DNA of 64,000 nucleotides from Trichoplax sp. H2 (Eukaryota). The DNA lies in NCBI GenBank assembly GCA_003344405.1, contig NOWV01000028.1:496001-560000 (forward strand), given 5' to 3'. Under the pieces are notes generated by a model. That model saw only the letters and a program-made list of their open reading frames with translations, searched no databases and was not told the DNA's origin. Below, one piece after another: positions 52,592 through 64,000 of the stretch (position 1 is its first letter; each line of letters opens with the position of its first letter). Position numbers and translations under genes: made by a program.

Positions 52592-55352
52592 ATTGCCGCG
52601 TTGACTATTAAGATATTTACTACTCAGCTGTCCAACATCCATGTCTAGTGAGCAAAGTAGAATAGATAGCTGAGGGAATTTATTATACCAAGATCATGTT
52701 ATTTACCTTTTCATCTAACTATCAGATTTGAACAGTTTACCTCTCATCGGAGTTCATTAATTTCAATATAATCGACGCCTGGTGTTGTCTGCCATGATTT
52801 TTATATATATCTAAATCGATCATTTACTTAATGTACTGTAATTGCTTTCATTCACTAACTTAGTAGAATACTTGTAAGTACCTCGTGAAATGGATACTTT
52901 AATTTACAACAGGGATTAAATACAAGGAAATAAGTTGTTGCTGTTTCGCACCAATGTATGATATTCAATAATTATTTCATCAAACTTAGCCCATGTAAAG
53001 ATTAAAAGGCGCATGTGGCTATACAGTATATGTACGTGCTGTTTAATTTGCTTAAAAAATGCTAGGTGAAAGTGGTTCTGTTTCATTAGCAATGAAAAGC
53101 AGTTAATATAGCACTTGCACTTAATTGATATTTCAGCGGTTAAACCTATCTCAACAATTCCTAACCGATTGGCTTTTATTGCTATGGAAGTTTAAAGTGA
53201 TATGTGCTTTACTCTCTGTCCAATATAATCTTTACGTTAAATTGTTTTCTGCACATAAATATTGGTAACTTTTGATGGTTATGACCTGAACCTTGGAGTG
53301 TACAACTATAATAAATAGAAAAAATAGTGTAATATTACTTACTCACATTGGAAGAATAGAGTTGTATTGTATCCAAAAATTGATCATTGCGACATGCTGT
53401 ATTCTCTCAATAGTTACAAAGTCATCTCTTGTATTTGAAATTTTCATTCATCTTCCAATTAGTTAAGTAACATTTCAACAGCAAATTTCTGTAGCCTTTT
53501 AGACTTTGCCTAGGGTTTATCAATAATCTGACATTGTAACGGTAACTGTTGACGGTTATATGAAGAAAAATTTCAATAAGTATCGAATGTAGGTATAACG
53601 GTGCAGCATTAATGAAGGCTATCAGTTTACAAGAACCTAACTTAACCTTATACGTATACATGGATTTCTAAAATTACGATATTACTATATCTCACTAATT
53701 AGAAATGAATTACAGTAGCTGTCGAATAAACGTAGTTACTATCTTACAAATTAACGCACGATAATTGATTGTAAAACGAGAAGTGAATTGTTCCTCCTAA
53801 AATTCACCATCACGATCATTGGTCGTATAACGAGATATAGATTGTTTATTTCTTATGTACTACCCTGAAGATTGAGCTTACAAAAGTAAAAAAATTTTTA
53901 ATTCATTTGACGTTAAAATTAATCGGAAATATTTCACGATATTTCGTGGATTATAACCTAAAATAGGGTAGATTGCATCTCTAAGATATCAATATTATTC
54001 GATGATCTTTATGACTGTCATCGATTTAGTAAATTATTATAATTGTTTCTTTATGACAGATTAGTACTCTGTTTCAACTAATATCCCTTGAGACATGGAA
54101 AACGAAATCAATCATTTTATTACCAAGCCAAACCTTACTTCAATTTTTGAAGTAGTGATTATTTTAGTTGAGAGCCAGCATAAAATTCACTCTATACTAA
54201 GGATTAATACCGAGATAAATGTTGCTATTCAAGTTTCGGGTACCAATGTATTCAAAAAGTTTATGCAGCACGTTAGAAAATTCAACAATCCAGCTATGTT
54301 ATGGACTACTTTAACCAATGCCAATCAGTAAATAATTACGGTAACTTGTTGCCAACAACTAAATGTAAAACAACTCTAGATTTTATTGGCGGTAGGTAGG
54401 AATTATGGCATCTTTTCTTTACCAATCCTATGCCAAACGGTCATATTTTACGGATAATATTCGGCATTACCTTTCCAATATCCCATATATTCATTATTGC
54501 TGCATAATAATTACAACAAATAAGATAAATGATAAAGCAATGAAACATTTAAAGGCTAAAAAGTGAAAAAATCTTACTGACTGCTAGGATAAAAGGGCGA
54601 TAAAGGTTTAGAAGGTGTGCAGCGATTTCAATTTCTGAATGATCATTACTGTATAGGTAAAAGATAACCGTAACTATATGCTACAGTGTATTCTATATGG
54701 AATTTATGCTTGATCATATTACATATAGCCTCATGATTAAATATAGTTCGGAGTTTACAACACCCAGGTTTAGATTTTCAGAAACTAAATTATGCAATGA
54801 CTAAGCTAAACAGTGATAGATACTACAGGCATATTGTTTCTGAAACCGAAGTACTTAGTTATATCATTGATAACGGATTATCCCAAAAGTAAAAATGGAC
54901 TCAACTATAAGTGCAATATTAGATCGCTCAAACATAATCGTCGCAAGGCCGTAACATTTAAATAATGCTAGCGATCAATTTTTTTGGCGAAATGAGCTTA
55001 AATCAAAGCTGTTATGATATTATTTGTCACAGTATTCCGTGAAACTTAAATGTTTAGCAATAGTCTCATCAATGGTTTGTGCCAAGGGTAAAGAAGCATT
55101 CACCTAAGTTATATGAGCAGGCAATGAAGTAGTAAGATCGAAGTTCGCACTTTTATAGTCATATAGTATTTATTTTATGATCAAAATGAGGAGTCAGCTA
55201 TACAAAATTCGCCTAGGCTACGCAGAATAATGATCTATCGATATAAACTAAATTTATCTTGCCATAGTGACAAATGGAATAATTAATTTTATTCTAGTTC
55301 ATTTTGTTGGATAACTTTAGTAAAAATAAGGAAATTAATTACAAGCTAATTC

Positions 55353-58300
55353 TTACTCATAGATCATCGTGTTTACGCCGGCATCTCGTTGATTTCCACT
55401 CATCGTACTCGACACAGATTTTGGGTGATATTGGTTGTCTAGGATTTCACTATTCTTGTCCACTACATCAGAGAAACCATGAGCATTACTTTCATGGCTA
55501 TGTGACCAAGCATAAGACACAGTCTGCGGTGATGGTTGCCCCACTTGATCAGTTTGGACTTCCATCTCTATATTATGAATCCTATCAAGATTGTAATTAT
55601 TAGCACATACAGCGATAGAATTGGGGTCTTGCTCATCATATTACGTGAAAGATTTACCCATCATTTGAATTACTATCTTCGGAAGGTGCTCCTATGTAAA
55701 GGTTACTACTCTATGGATATCAATAAAACCAATACATAATTATGTAGGTGAAGTACTTGGCCGTGAAATATTGTAGCAATTTTTTATAAAGTGCTAATTT
55801 ATAGCCAATGAAGATATCTAGAAACGTCAATATTTCTTTTAAAGCAATTTCAATTTACTCTACCTGTCGCCTGTATAGGCAATTCCAACATATTATGATA
55901 ACTCCCTAACAAGTAGATCAAATAAATTTCAAGGCAATATAAAACTTTAAATAGCATGACTCGCAAAAGTCGTACAAGACAGTTAACTTTATGTAGATCA
56001 AGGTTAAAATTGAATTCCTTTTTTGATTCAGTACGGTAAGAATCTATTACTCAAGAATGAAGTACTGCACCTATTTAACTATCTGAAAGGCCATGAAGAC
56101 GAAATTAGAATTATTGTAATTTAACATTCATGAGCTGCTAATACTTTTCAGTGCATCTAATTAAACTGTACAATAGGATTGAAAGTACCAGGAGCTTCTT
56201 CTTACAATGAACCGTTAAATAAATTGATACTTTTTTGCATCAATAACTATCAAGTATATTTTGTAAAATAGTGGTTCAATATTAATCCTGATAAAGATAC
56301 TTACGTAAGCTATCATGAGCACATCATTAGGTACATCAATTTGCTGGGATGGATGACTGAATGCAGCTGCACGCGTTAGCCAACCACATCCGATCAGAAT
56401 GACTAGAAAGCAGTCAACTAATATCGTTGTTCTAGTTTTTATAATAGTTAAATCAATCAGTGGTATAACAAATGGATTTAAAAAGTAGCTAAGATTAAAA
56501 TTTATTATGGTGAAGTTCATAAACTAGAACAGTGAATTAGTTGCATGATTGTAAGAAAAGAGATGTCGTTAGACTCACTTGAATTTTTCTTTCTTTAGTA
56601 TTTCCCGTTCTTCTAGACTTAATTTTTGATAGGCGCTGTAATAAGTATATAGGAGTATGAGGCTAACCTGCGAAAGGTGAGATACATATTTATTGTAATA
56701 TGAGTAAGTACGTAGTTGCAAATTAGTAAATCCTATGCTAGCCTACGGAAGATAAAACATTACTTCCATCGCAGAAATGATTATAATAATTGGATATAAC
56801 TTGCTAAATAAATTGTAGCTTGTTATGAATGATGAAAAATAAAAGCGAACGGTAATTATAATTATGTACGGATATATAGAATTTGTCATGTTTGAACATT
56901 GTTACTAAACTTACCGCCGATAAGATGGACACAGGGATTATCATGATGTATTCAATATTCCTAGGGCTTATCCAGCAACTGTAATCAAAATAGCATTAAA
57001 CTTAATTTTAATATTGTTAACAATATGGGTAGTGCTATACTTTTAAATGGAATAGAGCACCATAAAAATGAGTAAACCATTTGACCTTAAACTTACAATG
57101 GCGGCAAGACGATATTCGGGTACAGCGTTGCAATGATAATAATCGTCAATACGAGTGGCGTACCTTCAAGATACAATTAAAAAATAATTAAGCTATTTAC
57201 TCTATTAGGAGTTAAATGGATGACATATCGTCTATTTTCAATTTTTAGAAGCACTCAGTACCAATATTTTATTTTATGGACTTCTCATTAAAGATATAGC
57301 AACTGACATGATAGTAAAGAGCTATGTAATCGATATATCACTCTGCGGTAGTGTCTACGCTATGCAATTTCTAGTGATCAACTATATCATAAATGTTAGT
57401 TGTTATCTCGTGATCCCGTTAAATTAACTTGTGTACATTCTACTTTCGTATATTTTAAGTTGTAGGTAAGATCCGATACAACTATATTTTTTTCGTATAC
57501 TATCCTTTTCATCTATTAATTAAATATAACCGAATATCTACGATATGAAATTTCTATCACAAGTATTGTGAATGGTTAGTTATGGTTTTCGATCATCTCA
57601 CAATTAATTAATGAAATAATCTACTGATGAAGACTACTCTAATAGAGATTCATCATGGTATGCTCTCCTAACTTAACTTCATTATCCTATTTAACGGACT
57701 TACCATATCCATAAATAAAATAGCGGGAAATTTTGTATTGTTTAAAACGACCCAATTTTGTAGTTATGGAAATGTTGATTTCGATAGATGTCCAAGTACA
57801 AGTAGCCATGATGAAGAAATAGGTTAAAGACGCTACTGCTGAACACCCGGTCTGTTCATAGCAGTTATTGCAACCAGAGGTAGTGATATAGTTGTTAGAT
57901 AGATAGTAGCAATTTAGGAAAGGGTCTATCGGCATAAATTAAGGAATGAATCAAATTATTTTAAACTTGGCTAACCGCGTTTGAGCTTATAGATAGGCCA
58001 TGCGCTAGCATTATGAAAAAGCAGGCCAGAGAGGAACTCGCCGTTAAGTGGACTAGTGCAAAATAACACCAGTTCCAGCTACCTCTATATTTTTGAATGA
58101 AAAGTATGCGAATAAGTTTGATCCTTTAATAACATTGACTCAACTCAGACCCGTTAGAAAAGTTAGCACAAGATCCACTAGCGAGTACCTTAACAACACA
58201 TAATATGTTCCAGCAGTTAGTGCGGTACAAACTAATGCTATACCATGAGACATGTAAGTGAATTGTAGATTAACTGGTTCCGTTATCTAAACAAGAAGAA

Positions 58301-61300
58301 ATTTTTACGAACAGTCCTTGAATTAATGATTAAGGTATTACAATTATATTTGTGTACCATTATCGCAGTAGCCTAATTTAAGCCATACATGCGAAATCGG
58401 CCTAGTAAAAAAAGCAAAAAGATATCAGAAGCTTACGTTGATCTTAGGTGGTGTAGTTTCGACATGCCGTGGTCGACGGTATGCTATTGTTGGAGTTGAT
58501 GCAATTAATTTTTGCGATGGATGTTTAATTCTGGCCATAATCAACCCTTGATTCGCTATTACTCGAGTTAAAGATGGCGTAAATTGCGATACAGTAACAG
58601 AAGCTAAGGCAAAATCTGTTAAGTGGTTACACACACAAATAGTATGAGTATGATTAGTTGACTTTATAGTACATCCAGTATCTGACCAACCATCCCTAGA
58701 AAAGATAAAAAAAAAATTAGATACCTTTCTTATCTTATGATTTGTTCAGTTTTATCATTAGCGATATTTATTTATTAATTGCAATGCCACTTTACCGCAT
58801 ACTTATATTTTACCTCCACCCTTTGATAGCAAAACTGTATGAATTACATTTTATCTATGATAGCTTTAAAATTATAATTTTGTAAAGGCAACAAATTTAA
58901 AGTATACTCTTATTACGGAACACAAAAAATATACTTCTATGACATTTCCAATTTCTATAATATTATACTACTAGAAGGCAAGTTGATGATAGCTAGATTG
59001 TAAAATGATGACGACAAGATCATGTAGTAATAAAAGGTGCTCTATTGGAATAAAAGTACCTGGTCACTAAAGTTGAAAAAACAATATCCAAGTATTTTAA
59101 CTACACTGATGAATATTTAATATAGCCTACCCAGAATGATCATAATTATATTTTTGCAAAATATAAATCAGTAATTACTTGATTTTATAATCCCAGTAAA
59201 CACACTGCGTTGTGTACGCATTTTGTAGGTTGTTTGCCTTCCAAAGCTAGAAAAAGTGAAGAATAACGAGCGCTGTTAATTATTCATAATTGAACATTTA
59301 TTTAGGACACTTGTAAAAGCTTCTACGAATTGAATCTTTCTACGCGTATAAAAATAGCATACTAGCTTGTGTTTGAAAGTGATAGTTGCGTTTGATTTCA
59401 ATGGATAGATAGATCTAGCTTTAAAACTTGCGGATATTACGTTAGAAATGATATCCTTTTCCATTTTGGATAAGAAGTCACTTTGCAAACGCCTAAATGT
59501 TGAACATTAAGATGCTAGATAAAGTAGATGTCTGTCTTAAGAAAGATTTCGTAAAATATTGCAAGAATAGTAATATTCGAAGTAGATAATTTTGCTTATC
59601 GCCTTAATAGGTAAGAAGACATGGAGCCACTTGGCCTGACCGTAATAATTAAACTGTTGCAAAAAGAAATACCTAAATCCTCCTACGAACTAATATACAT
59701 TTACATTGCGAAGCAAAGATATTATTTTATAGCTTGTTGCATTGCTATCAGATTTGATGGAACTTTGAATAACTGAAACAGGTTTGTCTATTGTTGCAAC
59801 AACTCGATTTTTACATTGAAATAATTATATGTGGAAGCTAAGATAATTTATTACCTCCCAAAGTTATTTCTCTTTGCTGCTATCAGATAATCCAATGTAA
59901 AATAGCGAGCGGAAAACAATAATTTATCAGGCTGACCTAATTTATAGTTAAAAATAACATAAATCAACATAATTCACAGATTATAGTAAACAAACTTAAA
60001 GTTGTTGTTCGCAGGTATAGTATGATCATTTTGGACTTTTACAGTTTAAAATATCGTAAGGCTTTGAGCTAGAACGATGAAAAGCGATATTAATATAATT
60101 AATAGAATGTCACTTGTTTTAGTTTGATATTTTAGTTTGTACAGTCATTATCACACGCAGACTTTTTATGTTGATGAACGTGCAATATTCCTAAAATTGT
60201 AGTGATTATCACTCTGCTTGCATATAAGTTTGGCTTATTATAATAGTCATCGCTACTGACCAGTAGTGGAGCTGATTTCGGATGGTATATTGACCGATTC
60301 TTGATTATAATCGACGTTATAAGGGCGTTGTTGAGTATAGTTGTCTGGGTAAGCTTGTTGCTTTCTAACATTTACTTCTGTAATTAGCGTCCTTTTTTAT
60401 TAGTAAAAGGTCTTTTTCGATGGTATGCAATATTAAACAGTAATTATTACTTACCAAGGTTAGAAAATTTAATAGTTAGTGTCTTTTTTACTCTACCAAT
60501 CCAGCAATGAGCCAATTGATTGCAAGCACGAATCAAATTCATAACGTGAATATTCTTAATAATGAAGGAAGTTTTGATTATTGTCATTACCGTGTTTGAT
60601 GTAGGCATAGACTAAATAGCTACGTTTGATTTCTATCTTAGTATTGTTTACAACCTTTAGTTTCTGTATAATATCCCAATTAGATTTTAATTCCCTTTTT
60701 AACAAATAATCCAAAATTGAAAATAGATTCTAGAATTGAAGTAATAATTAAATTCTTTATAAGTTTTCTTAGCTACGAAGGAAACTAATTCTGTGATTAA
60801 ACGCATGCAGGGTAAGCAAAATCAAAATCTTTTAAGCTTGACATAAGCATAAATTACGTTTCTGAGGCAGTCAGAAATAAAAATTCGTACAATTACCTTA
60901 ATGGAGGATGTTGACATACTACTGCAGTCACCATTTTTTGACATCTTTACCAATAAGGCATAAATTATAATCAAGTCTTTAGGAACTGGCCGTATAGTTC
61001 CACTCGATGCCATGAAGGCTAACTGCTTTAGTGTTTGATCTATACTTAAAGTTCCTGAAAAAAACTAATTTGCAATATTTGCTGTCACAATTTTATTATT
61101 TTGAAAAGTAGAATTTATTAGAATATTATAAATTGCTGGCTGAAAATTTGAAACAGTAAAATCTAAACTTCAATTTCCTTAGTGTCTCTTAAGCTCAATG
61201 CCATAAATACTTGCTTCTACCAACTGGATTGTGCTATGCATGATCCCCTAATTTTTAGTATCACTAATTATCGTTCTTTAGTCATATAGTGATTAATTTA

Positions 61301-61951
61301 AGGTTAAACGGTAAGTATTCTAACTTCAATATCCATCGTAGCTCACAGATTCAACAACAATATCGACTATAAGTTCTTACTCAAATTTATAGCCGTTGAT
61401 TACCTGGGTTTGCAATATCCAAAGTTGCTCACGTGTATTTGCAGTAGCGTTCTTTAACGCTATCCCATAAGATTGTTGTACGGGTATGCTACTTTGGCAT
61501 TGAAATCCACAGTCTAAACCGTAAATAAATGCAGAAATGGAAAATTGTCTAAAATTTTAACAAGTTGCTATACAGTTCATACGATTTCTACGGTGCACTT
61601 CAATTTTAGTATAAAAATAGCGCAACGATTAGTCTTAACTGTTGCAGGTAGTCTACTAAATATTATAACTATGTCATATGCAAAGACACAATTTATTTGT
61701 CATGATTACCGGATTTTATCTTATAATGAATCATAGCTGCCAAGGCTTTGCCATCAAGCGATTGATTTTGCAAAAATGGTTTTAGGTTATAGAAAAGATG
61801 GTTATTATAATAATCACTTTGGGGATAATATTTATCATGAGGAATAAAGTAGGTTGAAGCAGATGGCAATGGAACTTGTAATTCGTTAGTACACATGAAT
61901 ACCAATGGATTATAACTTGCAAATGTTATAGTCCCCAAGCAGATGGCTATA
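55353..61951 (-). CDS. Adhesion GPCR (GAIN/GPS + family-2 7TM); 5' end unresolved and may extend towards or past 64000
   Basis: GAIN ...DIISNVISASFKARSIYPLKSNATITFKH; GPS TQCVYWDYKIKDGWSDTGCTIKSTNHTHTICVCNHL|TDFAL; TM exons FTYMSHGIALVCTALTAGTYY, VHLTASSSLACFFIML, GCSAVASLTYFFIMATCTWTSIE, YFIYGYGTPLVLTIIII, CWISP...IIPVSILSAVSLILL, CFLVILIGCGW, GVIIICWNCLY; Ser-rich tail ORF 55353-55565. Confidence 0.88.
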
Positions 61952-64000
61952 AAGTAGAATGTGCGCGATATGCTACACACAGTTGATGATCTTTCAAATT
62001 GCATATCGGATGGCTGCAAAGGGAATCCACTCCACAACTAATCTGTTCAAATTCGTTGTACTGAATTGTCGTCACTGTAATTACACTTTGTCCTGGATCT
62101 TTTTACTTAAGTATTCACGGAAACTGTTGTGTAGGAGGCGGGCAATTCCTTCAAACTCATATGTGTAATGATGTAAGTACAAACTAAAGCGAGCTTATGT
62201 CCAACTGGTATGTAAAAGTCACAATGCGATTACCGACTGTTCGATGGGTTAATTTGATTAATCATGACCATTTAGCAGCTTTCCAATATAAGTAACAATA
62301 GTGTGACTAGTAGTATTGGAAGCAAATCCACTAAACTGTTACTTCTTTAGAGGGTTCTGTAGAGATTGAATTGCTAACAAAATTGAACATCCTTTGAGGA
62401 ATCACTGTATCCCGATAATTATTTCTGCTACTGTAGAAACAAGATGAGATATGATTTTGCTGAATTCCTTTGATCTATGATTTAAGCTTTAACTTCCTAG
62501 ATTTTAAAATATTAAGTTCATAATTATTGTAAGGTTCAGTCTTATTCGCTAGTACATCTTTGATAGAAACTTTTTTCTATATAATATGCTAATACCCATT
62601 AAGGCGTTGCAACTAGCTATTTAGGCTATACTTGTACTGCAGTTCTTGATGAAGCTTCATGCATTCGCAATTTTGGGTATTTAGTTTAAACTTGCGTAAA
62701 TATCTGCATCGCAACGAAAAACTTATAAGCACCTTTATATTTCAATGTCTTATACAGCATATTATTCTGATACAGAATGGAATACAACGTATTTAACCAT
62801 AATTTTGAGAGCAATCTACAAGAGATACGTGATAGTGATTTCCTAATTGAATATAAAATAATACGTGTCCATTGCAAAATACTTATAAATTCTAAAATTT
62901 TTTACCACGGTAACTAGCTATTATTATTACCGTAAAGTAGGATCGAAATTAGATTGGCTCACCATATCCAGAAGATAATTTTGTTATCATAAAGATTAAA
63001 GATTATAAATAAAATTAGAGTCATTATATCGTGAACTAGATGATACTATTTACACTACTTCAAATTGCATGCAGGACGATCTAAGAGCAGTTCCAATACA
63101 TGGTTTAATTAGTTAATATCGTACTGCAAGGTGAAAATGTTATTTTTAAGGATAATTAAAAGTATATAATATAACGAATATTTGGCATAAATTTCTGAAG
63201 GCTTGCTATCCATAAGCATCAGCAATAAATTATGAGCTAATAATAGTTTAATATTTTCTTCATCTTTTATCACTATTTTTTTTAACATGCATAACTTAAA
63301 ATAAGCAAGTTAGTCATTGATCGTGACATTTCTTTCAGTACTCTAACACTTATTTATTAGCAATACAGTACAGTATAATTTATTTTATGCCTGCAAATTT
63401 AATTAAAATGCTGGCCAAAATGCATAATAAACGCCACTGCACCTTGATTTATATCTTAGGAATACTATTTCTGTCGATCTGATACTAATTAGTATCCACC
63501 ATAAACCTCAGAAAATGTATTTGTGTTGATTATTTCTAACCAGTATACATTTAGGTAATAAAATATTAGAATCGTCGAGAATACTATTTCTAAAATTGTC
63601 ATACGATTTAATCTAATCCAGTACGCTAATGATAATAAATGATTTCCCATCCTTTCATAACTACCTGTTATTAATTATTGCTGGATCGTGAGCGTTGTGC
63701 TTTGGTGGTAGTCATTCTTTAGTAAAGTCAAGGCAATAGTATCTCCAATTTTATCAATATCAGATTGCTTCATTATTTTCCCTAGGTTTTATCGCAAACT
63801 ACAAATTATTTGTGATTCCCGTTAGATTGGTTGATGTTTCTGCAAGATATCACAGCCGGACCAATTTTCTTTACTATAGAGCGTCTCCATCGTCATATGT
63901 ATTACAAGAAGTAAATTCTCTAGTTACGATATAATATTTCAAATTTAATCAAATTTATAACTATTAAATAGTAGCCAGTGTAGGCATTGATTTGATCAAA

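Noticed and set aside
53000..54500. Possible degraded gene between brambleberry and the aGPCR
   Set aside because: Only scattered short open segments with stops; no consistent exon chain or motif could be built.

Overview
AT-rich, gene-dense eukaryotic (animal) genomic DNA with many short GT-AG introns, two 20-N assembly gaps and abundant (TACAG/CTGTA)n simple repeats. The style suggests an early-branching metazoan such as the placozoan Trichoplax (inference only). By splicing exons by hand I can support, left to right: the 5' half of an anoctamin/TMEM16 gene (-), NIP7 (-), a ~339-aa gene ending in an SVBP/CCDC23-like helix (+), a solitary 5S rRNA gene (-), a cation-dependent mannose-6-phosphate receptor (+), an uncharacterised multi-exon gene (-), a SAND + SAM-domain gene or gene pair (-), CEP104 (+), tRNA-Lys(CTT) (-), brambleberry/Kar5/GEX1 (+) and an adhesion GPCR with a GPS motif (-). 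There are also several tandem repeat arrays. I found no prokaryote-type system (CRISPR, defence island, transposase). The most interesting items are the long SVBP-like protein, an aGPCR post-GPS linker that may change length by splicing, a possible nested antisense ORF in NIP7 intron 1, candidate microexons in CEP104, and TACAGTACTGTA repeats clustering at gene 5' ends. Family assignments come from motifs recognised from memory; no searches were run.
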